Virus record (IMG/VR): IMGVR_UViG_3300025137_000027 | Span: 12,869-76,868 of that record | Length of the DNA: 64,000 nt | Strand: one strand, 5' to 3' | Origin: a virus | Shown: one piece after another, positions 11,901-20,721 of the stretch | Numbering within the stretch: the first letter of the stretch is position 1 | How the letters are laid out: the number at the start of each line of letters is the position of its first letter | Notes under the pieces: model-generated | What the model saw: the letters and a program-made list of their open reading frames with translations, nothing else | Told to the model about the DNA's origin: nothing | Database searches by the model: none | Position numbers and translations under genes: made by a program

Positions 11901-14900
11901 AACTCGGTATCAATACAGTGCGCCTAAACTGGTGCATCAGATGCTAAGAGAAATCAAGACAGCAGCTGTAGAAAATCCAGCTTCGGTTCTTTTAGGAAAG
12001 CGTTTTGCACAACTTAGCGCAGAAAACCGTCGCTTGATTGAGTTGACTTACTTAAGTGGCATTAAAAAGGGAAATAAAGGAAAGGAACGAAACTTTCACG
12101 GCATGCAAGTGGGTGACAATGTTTTAGCCCAACTTGCTTTTTACGGCAATCGAAACACATATAAACAGCGGGATGCAAACGGGGAGGCTATAATAATATC
12201 AAAATTTTTGATGCCTACCCTAGCTGATAAACAAACAATGCCGATTTTGCAAGCCCCTGCTTTAAGTGCTAAGCAGGCTGGTGTTGTTTTAAACGAAGAG
12301 GTATCTGAAAAGTCTTGGAAGACTCTAACGTTTAAAGACGTAGTGCCTAACGTAGCTGGTGCTTATGAAACAATTCTTAAAGACAGCGTTGATCTTGAGA
12401 TAGATCGTATTATGCGTATCCAAGCGGGAAATACAGAGGGCATGACTGCAGCTCAACGAGTAGCAGTAGGATTTGTAATGGTTCCTTCCTTAAACGGAGT
12501 AGCTGAAACCTTTATGGAAGGTAAAATCAAACGCGCGGACTTCCGAGCAGAAATTCATAGCAAAGCAGTAAGGGTATTTGAAGAAGCGATGAACGAAGAT
12601 ATGCAGCACATGCTTCGTGAGACAGAGGGTACTATCTGGAATCCTACAGATAAAGAGGGGGTTGAAACTATAGGTGAGCTATTTCACTTTAACGGGTCTA
12701 AAAAGAAAAGTCCTGTTAAGGTTCATGTTGCTCCAACAGCTAATCTTCAAAAAGGAGGCAGGCACATAGTAGCATTTGTAGCGTTTTTAGCTAAGTATGC
12801 TATGGATAGCATGAACGTTCGGACAAGTGTTATTATGGACACTATGGGAGATCCTGGGGCATTTGTAAAAACAGATAAAGAGACTGGTAAAATTAAACCT
12901 GCAAAAACTGCTACTAATTTAGGAAAGCGGTTTGCATCTCTTATTGCCCCTGGCGCGGCAATACCCTATGTCACATACAATAATCGAAAAGGTATTCCTG
13001 TAGATAGCCAAAAGGTAAACTTTCTGGTTATCCCTGCTCGCGTAGTATCTAAAGCCGGGCATTATGAATACTTGAAAAAGATAGGACAGTCTGCAGATGA
13101 ATTGTCTATGCAGGAAAATTACGATAGCGCAGATGCTGCAGAGTATACAACTGTGGAAGAGCATCTGGGTATACTCTATGCGAAAGGTGAAATAACTCGT
13201 CTGGAAATGGACGATGTTTTAAGTAAAATAGCAAACAACATAAAGCTAACCAATGAGCTAGATTGGTTTCAACCCATGAAGCCGGTAACTACTGCGCGTG
13301 TGGGGGATCATATGCTTTATGTTAAGAGTGCAGCCTTCCCGTTAGTGCCTCAACTTACTCAAGGGACAGAGCTAGACAAGCTACGGGTATTTATGGAGAC
13401 TAATAATGTCCAACGTGCTGCTTACGACAGTGCTGTAAAGTTGGGCAACGAGTGGTCGGATGTTAATGACACGTTAGCTACTGAAGCCCAAAAAATGATT
13501 CCGGTTCACGTAGGAGACACGGTTGAAATTAATGTAGACGAGTTAAAAAAGCGTGTTATAACTGGCGTCGATCGTAAGTACATGCGGATACAACAGGAAG
13601 TCCCGAGCAGTACTACAAATGAGAAGGTTCACGGATCGCAGGTAGCTAAATTGCTTCTAGTTGATATAATCAGTTCTAAATTTATTTTAAATGGAGAATC
13701 GGTAAAAGGGGCTAAGATGTATCAGGCTTACTTGAAGGCTCGTAGGGAAGAGCAAAACGCTCGTTTAGAAGTATTTGCTGCTCGATACGGGATGGAGTAC
13801 GATAGCGACACGGGTATATCGCACACTCCAGAGTCAAGGAAGAAGTTTGCCGAGCGTATAACTGAAGAAGGTGTTGACCGTTCCTATGATGCTAACGAAT
13901 TAGCGCATCTTTACTTTGACCAGGAAACAGTACGTTTCTTGACACCTTTAGAGGCAGGCCCAAGTTCAGAACGCATTGAAAACCTCGTCAAAAGTATAAT
14001 TTTTAAGGAAGTATACGAGCCGAGTATAGAGGGCTTTAGTGGACCTATACGACCGGAGGTAGGCATTAAGTCTATTGACGAGGATTTAGTTAATAGCGGA
14101 GACATTATGTGGGTTATGAAAGGAGGCGTGCGTCTCTTTGATGGCAATAAACTGAAGGTTGCTCAGGAAGGGCAGATGGATCAGATTATCATGCCTTGGA
14201 AATACAAAGCCAGTCTTGAAAAATATATGGATGATGATGGCAATATCAATGCTGATGACTTACCTCCAGAGTTGCTCAAGGCTTTTGCCTATCGTATTCC
14301 AAATCAACGAAAGAGTTCTTCTGCTGCATTCGAAATTGTAGGGTTCTTGCCCAAGAGTTACGGAGATACCTTAATTGTTAATGAAGAGCTGGTAGGACGT
14401 ATTGGACAAGACTACGACATCGATAAGATGTTTGGGTTCTTGTATTCAATTGAACAAACAGAGGATGGTTCTATAGAGGTTATTAGGAGCGAAGAGAAAG
14501 CTAGTGCGCAACGACGGGTTGCGGCTGCACGCAACGAACAAGTTGATATCTATCTCGCCTCTATGGACCCTCAGGACAATGCGGTTGAAAAGGCTATACA
14601 CGCTCCTGTAACAGACGGCTATGCGGTAGCGTTAGCAGATCAGATGGATGGACTACTGCATGATGATGCAGTTTTGGGGCTACCTATGAGCCAGTCCTAT
14701 AACTCTCGTAAAGCAGATGCAGCTCGAAGTGCGAAAAGTTCTATTGGAGTATTTGCAAAACAGCATGTTCTTCACGCGCAACTTCAACAGTCTCTTGAAA
14801 CAAGAGGTTACGGAGGTATTAGTTTTCGAGAGGGAGAGTTTATTACAATTCTTTCAAGCCCAAATGCGAAGAAACCTACAGAGAATATAGCTTTAGGGAA

Positions 14901-17900
14901 CATAGGAATTCATGACGCAGACTTTAAACTTGAGTATAAAAATCCTCCAGCAGCAGGCAACCGTAGCGATCAGTTTAGCCGATTGTTAAATCATTCTGTA
15001 GATAACGAAAACAACGGGTTGTTAAGCAAGCTAGGAATTACACAAGATACTTGGCCTGTATGGACTGGCTTAACGCATATGGGGTACAACCAAGAGACTA
15101 TAGCTTTTCTTGTAGCTATGCCTGCAGTTCAACAGTACTTAGCTTTAAAGAAAAAGACGGGACGTTTAGCTAGTACAGGAAGTACTATAAAAATTAGTAC
15201 GCTGATAGCACAGGAAATAACAAAGCTGCAGGGAGATTCTAAAAATCCTATAGATATTAAGACTTTACCAGAGTTAGATAAGGAGTCTATGCTGGATATT
15301 ATTAAAGGCGCGTCTGAGAAAAGTGAGAGAGAAATTTCTCAAATGAATCTGAGAGCTTTACTAGCTGTTGAGAAGCTAGAGGTTATGGGTAGAGATCTGA
15401 GTCGTGTACAAAACTTTATGGGCTTAGACACTAACCGACCAAAAACATTAATTGGATTGCAGGTGGCTTTGTCTAAAATGAAAAACCCTCAAAGTGACAA
15501 AGAAGGGACTACATTCTCTGTACTAGACGCTGTATCAGCCGCAGACATGACAGTTTCAGGGCAGATTTCGAATCTAGTTAAAAGGACTGCAACAGGCTTG
15601 TTGAATATTCAAAATAACCTGCTGCCGCAAAATATTATTTCGTCTTTAGTAACTGATTTTGAAAAAGCAGGTCTAACTCAATCTGTAGAAGAATCTATTG
15701 GTGACTTGATAAAAGGTGTCAAGAGTTACAATTACTCTTTGTTTACAGCTAAACTAGCGGGTAGGAGTGCAGAAGAAGTAAGAGCAGAAGCTCACAATCT
15801 TGAGACGGGCGGTATTGCAACTCTTTTAATTGAGGCACGTCAGAATCCTGAAATAGCTAATAATTCTTTTATTAAGCAGTTGATTGCTGTAAAGGCACCA
15901 GGTTCATACCCACACCTAGAGTTTCCAGGAGACCGAGAGCTAGAGGGAAGTTCTACAGAACTACATCGAGGCTTTTTAAGTTTACTACGTAGTGCTGATC
16001 CTGAAGTAAAGAAGTTTGGGGAGTACTTGGTTGTATATGCTTTGGCTACTAGTGGAGGTAAACTCAAAGCAAGAGGCTATTTAAAGTATGTTCCGGCAGA
16101 ATACTTACAATCTAAAGGGCTAGGAGATATTGTCAATATTCCTAATATTGCTGAAAGCGTGTCTACTGATAAAGTCATAACTGAGGTAATTCGTCATAAT
16201 GATACTTTAGCTCCTTACTACAACAGTAAGGCAGACGCGGGCATATTTACCTCTAACGAAGTATTACACCTAGACGTTGAAGCAGCATCCTTTAGAGGGC
16301 ACGTTCGTGTTAAGAATGCTTTATATGCTCCTTCTGATACTATGGGGCGCATGGTTAGACATAAAGGAAAAGACGTTGAAGCTATTCCTTTGATACTGGT
16401 GAGTAAATTAGGCGATTATTTGACAGATGAGTACACGTCAGATTTTCAGCCAGCTAATAAGAAACCTATAGTTAAGAGTCTAAAAGGTAATACTACAGCT
16501 CCAGCACCTGATGCGCCTCCCCAAGGAACTATGGATCAAAGCTATGAACCAACCCGTAACGTAGCGGAAGAGTACGACCCAAATTTTAATCCGGTTGTTC
16601 CCATGAATATGGGTTTGTCGGGTAAGGTTAATGATGAGATAGTCCGGTCTGAGAATCCAAACAAAATGCCAATGGGCATTAAGGAGTTCTTAAAAGTTTC
16701 TGAGTTACGTAATAACCCTTTTATACAAGAGTTAGCGCAGACTCAAGAATCGTTACAACCTGAAGATAGAGTTACGGTAGTTGTTAGTGAGGACTTGCCA
16801 GGAAAGGGTATGTATAATGCTGGTACTAATACTGTTACTATTCGTCAGGATATGGTAAACGATATTCGTACTGTAACTCATGAGTTGGTCCACGCATTTA
16901 CAAGCCTATCTATTAAGGTAGCGCAAGGCAAGGCAAAAATATCTGACCCTAACAAAAAGGCTAAGATGGTAGCTGCAGTGAACGAGCTGCAAAAACTTCT
17001 GAATATTGCACGTACTCCAGAGTCCTTGCAAAAGATGGGATTAACTTTTGCGGGTCAACAACAATCTGCAAGAGGCTACAGGGCTTTTAAGAATCAGAGA
17101 GATGGAAAGGCCTTGACTGCAGAAGAGCAGCTTGATTTGGATTTCTTCAAAGAAAACTTAGATAAGTACTATGCTTTTGTAAGTCTAGAAGAGTTCGTAG
17201 CGGAGTCTTTTTCTAATAAAAAGTTTGCTGAGAGGATTGCAAAGCTTTCTTTGAATAGAAATGAAACCTTTATCGATAGGTTTATGCAGGCTGTAAATAA
17301 AGCGTTAATCGCTTTAGGCATAAACTTTGGTAAGGACACTAAGTTCTTAAAGGAGATTTACACGCTGAGTATGGGAATCGTGGACATCCAAACAGGAGGT
17401 CAGATTGGGTTGATTCCCGGGCAAGAGATAGCGTCTAGTGATTTGATTGACGCAGTTACGGCTGTGGATGTAGGGGGACAAAACCTACAAGGACTAGATC
17501 AGATGAAGGACTACAAGGAGAAGCGTATCCGACAGTTTGAGGAACTTAAGAGTCGGTATAACACTAATAGGGAGTTTGTACGGAGGGTGGAAGCTAGGCT
17601 GGTACAAGAGCGTAAGGATTTGAAGGTGCTTACTGATGATAGTGTAGAGATAACGCCTGACTACTTCCTGGCTGTTGGTCAAAGAGAACTTGATTTTGCT
17701 CGTAGGACTATCGAGAACGTTGACTCTACCGACCCGCAGATTACCATGGCTCTGAGTGCTCTAGAGAATATTTATAGTGTGGTCGAGTTCTACGATAAGA
17801 GTAGAGAGATTTTGAAAGATCCTGCGCTGTTAGATGTTGCTACTGCGCTACGTAGGGAAGCATCGGAATTGAAAGATAATTATTTGGATAAGGCTCGGGA

Positions 17901-20718
17901 CATAACACGTCGTGGTGCTAGACAAGAATTAGAGACTCTAGGCGTTAACGTAGATGCTAATAGCTTTGAGACTTTACAGCAGGTTGGGTGGATGAAGTCT
18001 TTCTTTATGGATGCGTCTCGTCAGGGCACGGTAGAACTTTCTTTCTTAGATAAGATTGTAAGAGATGCTAGCCAATTGCAGCGGGTACAGTTTAATGCTC
18101 GTGCTAAGCGGTATATGGAAAATAGTAAGAAGTTTAAAAAGACCTCTTACTTTAACGAACACGGCTGGAATGGCATGGTTGAACTAGATGCGCAAGGGAA
18201 TCCTACAGCTAATATGCTTACCATGCTTAGCGGTTCTTATGAATCGGAGTACAACCTTAAGCGTGCTACGTTAAACAATTCAAAAGCTTTCTATGATTGG
18301 AAGCGAAGTGTTACGGGACGTATTGATATCTCTGCTATGTTTGATATCTCTGGTACAGAGGTAAAGCGTAAAAACAATCCTAAGTACGTAGAGTATCTGA
18401 ATAAAACGTATGGCGCAGCTGGTGCAGCAGAATTTTTGCAGCAGCAAGAAACGATGGCGCAGGAGTATGTAGACGCGCGTACCAGTGAATTTGATACGCT
18501 GGAGCTTACCCTAGGGGAAAACGCAACAGATGCAAAAGCTTTATGGGAGGCTAAGAATAATCCTATCCAAGCTTACAAACGTGCTGAGGGTAAAGGGGGT
18601 CGTTTTATTAAAGGCGCAACAAGTAGATTCTTGTTAGACATTCCTTTACGCACTGTAAAGGGTAAGGCTACGAATTACTATGATGCTAGGTTTGATCAGC
18701 TTCAGTCTGAGCCTGATGCATTGGCTTTCTATAATGACTACCGCCAGCAGATAAAAGAGATGATGGCAATGTTGCCAGCACATAAGATGACACGTGAAGC
18801 GCACCTTGTACGTAATGGACTTTTTATTCCAGCAATTGCGAAATCATTGACGAACGATTTATTTAAAGCAGAAGGGCTGGCAACCAGGATGAAGCAGCTG
18901 CCTGATAATATTCGTAGCGCGTTTACAATTGACCCTGAGTACAATATTAATAAACTTATTGACCCAGTAACTGGACGTCCTCGTCAAGAGCTTCCTACTT
19001 ATTTCTTGGGACAGGTAGATCCTGAAACTCAGGACTACGATATGGATAGGACCTTCCTTGCTTTTACTATGATGGCTACCACTTACGATAGTAAGAATGC
19101 TATTGAAGATAAAGTTCGGATGACGAAAAGTGTTATGAGCAATGCGCGTGTAGGACGCGTAAAGAAAGGATTAGCAGAAAGTGTTTTAAATAAATTAGGG
19201 GCAGAGTCTCCTGTAGGGTATGCTGATGAGGCAGCTAGAGCAACTACTATGAGAGTAGTAAATACTGTAGTAGATACTTTCTACGGTTACCAAAGTAATC
19301 AGGATATTACTTTTGAAGCAAATGAAAATTTGTTCACTAAAAAGCAAAAGGAAAAACTAGACGAGTTGAAAGACCAAAAGCTTGCTGCAAAAACGCAAGA
19401 AGAAAAAGACTTAATTCAAAGTCAAATAGAAGAAGCTACTCCTCAAGTAAGTGTGTATAAAGGAATTCGAGGGGTACAACAGTTTATCCAAGCCAAAGGC
19501 ATGGCATGGAACGTTCCAGCAGCTATTGTGAATATGGCGTTTGGAGCCATAAGTGTCTTCAAGCACGCTAGTGGTCAGCGTGACTTTACTGAAGCAGACA
19601 CCCGTAAAGCTACAGGTATTATGCTAAGTAGTTCATTGAATAATATGACCTTAAATACAGGCTTAACGCAGAATAAGGAAGCGTTGAAGACTCAAAATGC
19701 TATGATAAGCTTTGATTCACTGAAGGACTTTACAGAGATGCGGCACGACCAACGCAAGTTTAAAACTCAATCTGGTGAAACTAGCATAAACCAGGCAGAA
19801 TCTCAGGGCTTTAACAAGCTACGTATGTACGAAATTCAACGTAGCTCAGAGTATTTTGTGTATGGGCAGGTCATGATTTCTGTATTGCTACATGAAAAAG
19901 TCGAGGGTAAGTCTTTGTGGGAGCACATGGGTGGAGATGGGATTATTGATATTGATGGTTATCGTCCGGGCGAAGAGAAACACTTGGCTTTGATGAATAA
20001 GATGGACCAGATCAATAAACGCATACACGGTAACTACGACCCTTCGAGTCCTATCGCAGTGAAGAAGACAATGATTGGGCCTCTTCTTATGCAGTTCCGT
20101 AGTTGGTTGCCTGAATCCGTAGCAGCTAGATTCGAAAAAGAAAAGTTTGATCCGTATTTGCAACGAGATGTAAAGGGCACGTATCAAACGATGTTCTTTA
20201 GTAGTGCTATTCGTAAGCACCTAACTGCAATGCTTCCAATGTTGGTGCCGAGCTGGGCACGTACGAAAGGTATGAATGAGATGAGTGCAGAGATCTCAGC
20301 AGTGGACCAAGAAAACATTAGAAAGTTCGCGGCTAGCTTGCGTCAGTACTTACAAATAATGATTCTTATTTCTGTCTTACGTGCCTTGAAAGATGATGAA
20401 GACGATAAAGAAGCGTTAATGATTCTGAATGCAAGTCTGAATGTAGTGGACAGAGCTGAAAATGACTTAGCTTTGTTCGGTCGTCCTGGGGCATTCTTAG
20501 ATATGACTCAAGGTGATTTCTTAGCTGCAATTGGCGCAGCTAGTGAAGTTGAGAAACTTGGAGAAGCTGTAGTTAAAACAGCGCAAGGAGACGGAATAAT
20601 TGAAACCGGTGTTTACGCTGGTAAGTCACGAATGTGGCATCACTTCCAGAAATTAGTACCACACTTAGGAGCAGTACAGCGGATAGCTAACAACTTAGAT
20701 CGCGAACTAGGCTCTTGA
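5986..20718 (+). CDS. Giant (4910 aa) virion RNA polymerase-containing polyprotein with zincin-like metallopeptidase domain
   Basis: YRIPNQ...IVGFLP...GDTLIV...GQDYDIDK (crAss vRNAP catalytic region, DxDxD at 14410-14424); HELVH at 16879-16893 plus downstream EEFVAE; N-terminal Gly/Ala-rich hydrophobic cargo-like region. Confidence 0.92.
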   Translation: MAEENQEPVNLGDLGTASSSDIRKALEGQPSPVEAKDAVDSETPTETPDAPPASPGQDITGFLTNSSNNIVQKENGSFKFINPYDNNLDVDLDQFETQRRRVSEGSALSGILNGVEGLEESFTYTSLEDTAKRSQEAQGVINKMKNGMTQLVADTGINVAQGFGALLYGVPSAIANGDITKLYDNSLANNLDKGTEFLDEFYKIKRGGDQSKGQKVANFLFDDLAGGASFVMGAIATEMAFSALTAATFGGAAPAQAAVTAGLVARGTRLAQKTLQGGKALISGSLVDDALRASRSLGAAATREGAASALQAAAQTARTPMALQAAARVGRQLITGASMESGMEARHMLNASVENQKQQYEELNGKGSFSEEMAGDFREEISGYADGVFGANMALVGASNMLMFPKLFGVGLRKGMSTSKFIDTSKLSQKARARLAKNLGVVEGKLPRLVDAARGNTLGRIAGRTGTVGRVTAANTKNALYEGFIEEGGQGAISRSTEDYISKRYDPKGVKDTVRFADSFLEGLKGSYTTKDGFKEIGIGMLLAFTGVPMYARNQSTTPSSNSETAGKPEKKWKWQMMGGYADQRKALIARDKKMDAIMNLSEKHGDVGGILRAEIANMNRQNVLQKEQDASIQEGRFKEAKDAEAEMIFSHAATKVVTGRYEQSIAEAQQIMDEMSDEELREQLGPSAKNMTEEDLRAHRNKAMETYRSRMDRARQAYDRAGTVYRGEDADIHTGVAHMLYMTKEKDAREKSIAGEIADAIENMNEGDVLDLVRMQADLNMTESTTNSFLDLINKYQNIDKQLNTKLERKIIKNIDPEKADQRQKDIASAQQAREILAEQMETMLETMATAQNVERGKYDFDLSTFDRLGDLHRAIRRQQGVEFQEADLKALFEDMYAVAQDRLNLIGNYNDFIKPGGVERFESKMIGSIERLAKMSPEQRQEARQQAAAEEDADADSAVAEEIVKAEEAATKQASSPQNPGSNPPQAQDGGGEFSVNQAPQQVVTEPGIGFPEPAGYTGDVPTAPANVELRETLPGENPTRNTVVSDVTTVQFQFTNANNSTEENKGSTINDKYLAGLKKVIAGLPIGTVIEAREGESNGRIALRADKTLLADIKIQEFSQEVQAELRLGKTVALVTTSEVSRGFVGGETLWENNNGVRVSANQKNDFPTEDLVREVLPNGVEDIKGMNLVPSNSNNLLPIAGVESMGIPGEMVTDPKFAGNLLVSTVDALTKEEAYHFVELSPMTYESSTQLVDLVDAFNQFVLSPNSMSPSQNDLLRKFAEASQIDLQQPADEVSKAVALKLRRIIQGAEFLSEQTKKLKNNPRIKRPLLAVEPLGSGRDGITLVALLQGDTYYSHDKEGNRQGPGAEAIASFITKRPANVTQEGTTVYPDGKGNFDVFSTLEMVQKQGKFVYRAPFVVDGKIYNRQFAKVELSMNPLVPVPTKFKRLEETPEPAGNTSSEVVIEKNTQFDPGNYDPNKFGLDADYLPSSSQESTDPMERAGALYEVPGLTSRQLRDGINFSTGMMARAFSTHIRTKDRSVPISSDYLRRYVKANLENNLAYYKSLKQEGFTVKVVEAHEAYLSSENFNPLMDLAMVELLQQAKDTVVGQGDLNKALENIRDRAANSEMLDDAEQAERDANPMAAFDENFAFGVNPKSTLRLESKLLLMGLVDERGTTGKSFGLAGRKFLNNTDLLDKLSAVLAGVAPSYIKVKERLKKYTKTYPQFQSVLDIMTDTYAINSIPPGLKATSTAKEYAEIQNRALSVQDMIRNQFVVFANKEVTTYDSVKIVDVTATQARDIQIWNSNSRNMREHAGNDIRSALIEQEFFDLDGAINKPKFKNLYDQIVGISELPESDQAAKFSLILEDELNISVTPDALTSKNLTDNEKGDRIFLGVEDALRKGEAGTAGIVGRFKTALKDLSTSDLTLEEALSSGSQAGRAVKDFFVGLADYRENFIQKSSKDGDNKTRYQYSAPKLVHQMLREIKTAAVENPASVLLGKRFAQLSAENRRLIELTYLSGIKKGNKGKERNFHGMQVGDNVLAQLAFYGNRNTYKQRDANGEAIIISKFLMPTLADKQTMPILQAPALSAKQAGVVLNEEVSEKSWKTLTFKDVVPNVAGAYETILKDSVDLEIDRIMRIQAGNTEGMTAAQRVAVGFVMVPSLNGVAETFMEGKIKRADFRAEIHSKAVRVFEEAMNEDMQHMLRETEGTIWNPTDKEGVETIGELFHFNGSKKKSPVKVHVAPTANLQKGGRHIVAFVAFLAKYAMDSMNVRTSVIMDTMGDPGAFVKTDKETGKIKPAKTATNLGKRFASLIAPGAAIPYVTYNNRKGIPVDSQKVNFLVIPARVVSKAGHYEYLKKIGQSADELSMQENYDSADAAEYTTVEEHLGILYAKGEITRLEMDDVLSKIANNIKLTNELDWFQPMKPVTTARVGDHMLYVKSAAFPLVPQLTQGTELDKLRVFMETNNVQRAAYDSAVKLGNEWSDVNDTLATEAQKMIPVHVGDTVEINVDELKKRVITGVDRKYMRIQQEVPSSTTNEKVHGSQVAKLLLVDIISSKFILNGESVKGAKMYQAYLKARREEQNARLEVFAARYGMEYDSDTGISHTPESRKKFAERITEEGVDRSYDANELAHLYFDQETVRFLTPLEAGPSSERIENLVKSIIFKEVYEPSIEGFSGPIRPEVGIKSIDEDLVNSGDIMWVMKGGVRLFDGNKLKVAQEGQMDQIIMPWKYKASLEKYMDDDGNINADDLPPELLKAFAYRIPNQRKSSSAAFEIVGFLPKSYGDTLIVNEELVGRIGQDYDIDKMFGFLYSIEQTEDGSIEVIRSEEKASAQRRVAAARNEQVDIYLASMDPQDNAVEKAIHAPVTDGYAVALADQMDGLLHDDAVLGLPMSQSYNSRKADAARSAKSSIGVFAKQHVLHAQLQQSLETRGYGGISFREGEFITILSSPNAKKPTENIALGNIGIHDADFKLEYKNPPAAGNRSDQFSRLLNHSVDNENNGLLSKLGITQDTWPVWTGLTHMGYNQETIAFLVAMPAVQQYLALKKKTGRLASTGSTIKISTLIAQEITKLQGDSKNPIDIKTLPELDKESMLDIIKGASEKSEREISQMNLRALLAVEKLEVMGRDLSRVQNFMGLDTNRPKTLIGLQVALSKMKNPQSDKEGTTFSVLDAVSAADMTVSGQISNLVKRTATGLLNIQNNLLPQNIISSLVTDFEKAGLTQSVEESIGDLIKGVKSYNYSLFTAKLAGRSAEEVRAEAHNLETGGIATLLIEARQNPEIANNSFIKQLIAVKAPGSYPHLEFPGDRELEGSSTELHRGFLSLLRSADPEVKKFGEYLVVYALATSGGKLKARGYLKYVPAEYLQSKGLGDIVNIPNIAESVSTDKVITEVIRHNDTLAPYYNSKADAGIFTSNEVLHLDVEAASFRGHVRVKNALYAPSDTMGRMVRHKGKDVEAIPLILVSKLGDYLTDEYTSDFQPANKKPIVKSLKGNTTAPAPDAPPQGTMDQSYEPTRNVAEEYDPNFNPVVPMNMGLSGKVNDEIVRSENPNKMPMGIKEFLKVSELRNNPFIQELAQTQESLQPEDRVTVVVSEDLPGKGMYNAGTNTVTIRQDMVNDIRTVTHELVHAFTSLSIKVAQGKAKISDPNKKAKMVAAVNELQKLLNIARTPESLQKMGLTFAGQQQSARGYRAFKNQRDGKALTAEEQLDLDFFKENLDKYYAFVSLEEFVAESFSNKKFAERIAKLSLNRNETFIDRFMQAVNKALIALGINFGKDTKFLKEIYTLSMGIVDIQTGGQIGLIPGQEIASSDLIDAVTAVDVGGQNLQGLDQMKDYKEKRIRQFEELKSRYNTNREFVRRVEARLVQERKDLKVLTDDSVEITPDYFLAVGQRELDFARRTIENVDSTDPQITMALSALENIYSVVEFYDKSREILKDPALLDVATALRREASELKDNYLDKARDITRRGARQELETLGVNVDANSFETLQQVGWMKSFFMDASRQGTVELSFLDKIVRDASQLQRVQFNARAKRYMENSKKFKKTSYFNEHGWNGMVELDAQGNPTANMLTMLSGSYESEYNLKRATLNNSKAFYDWKRSVTGRIDISAMFDISGTEVKRKNNPKYVEYLNKTYGAAGAAEFLQQQETMAQEYVDARTSEFDTLELTLGENATDAKALWEAKNNPIQAYKRAEGKGGRFIKGATSRFLLDIPLRTVKGKATNYYDARFDQLQSEPDALAFYNDYRQQIKEMMAMLPAHKMTREAHLVRNGLFIPAIAKSLTNDLFKAEGLATRMKQLPDNIRSAFTIDPEYNINKLIDPVTGRPRQELPTYFLGQVDPETQDYDMDRTFLAFTMMATTYDSKNAIEDKVRMTKSVMSNARVGRVKKGLAESVLNKLGAESPVGYADEAARATTMRVVNTVVDTFYGYQSNQDITFEANENLFTKKQKEKLDELKDQKLAAKTQEEKDLIQSQIEEATPQVSVYKGIRGVQQFIQAKGMAWNVPAAIVNMAFGAISVFKHASGQRDFTEADTRKATGIMLSSSLNNMTLNTGLTQNKEALKTQNAMISFDSLKDFTEMRHDQRKFKTQSGETSINQAESQGFNKLRMYEIQRSSEYFVYGQVMISVLLHEKVEGKSLWEHMGGDGIIDIDGYRPGEEKHLALMNKMDQINKRIHGNYDPSSPIAVKKTMIGPLLMQFRSWLPESVAARFEKEKFDPYLQRDVKGTYQTMFFSSAIRKHLTAMLPMLVPSWARTKGMNEMSAEISAVDQENIRKFAASLRQYLQIMILISVLRALKDDEDDKEALMILNASLNVVDRAENDLALFGRPGAFLDMTQGDFLAAIGAASEVEKLGEAVVKTAQGDGIIETGVYAGKSRMWHHFQKLVPHLGAVQRIANNLDRELGS

Positions 20719-20721
20719 CAC

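Noticed and set aside
6978-20220. Numerous 60-120 aa minus-strand ORFs inside the giant gene
   Set aside because: Fully nested antisense shadows without recognisable motifs
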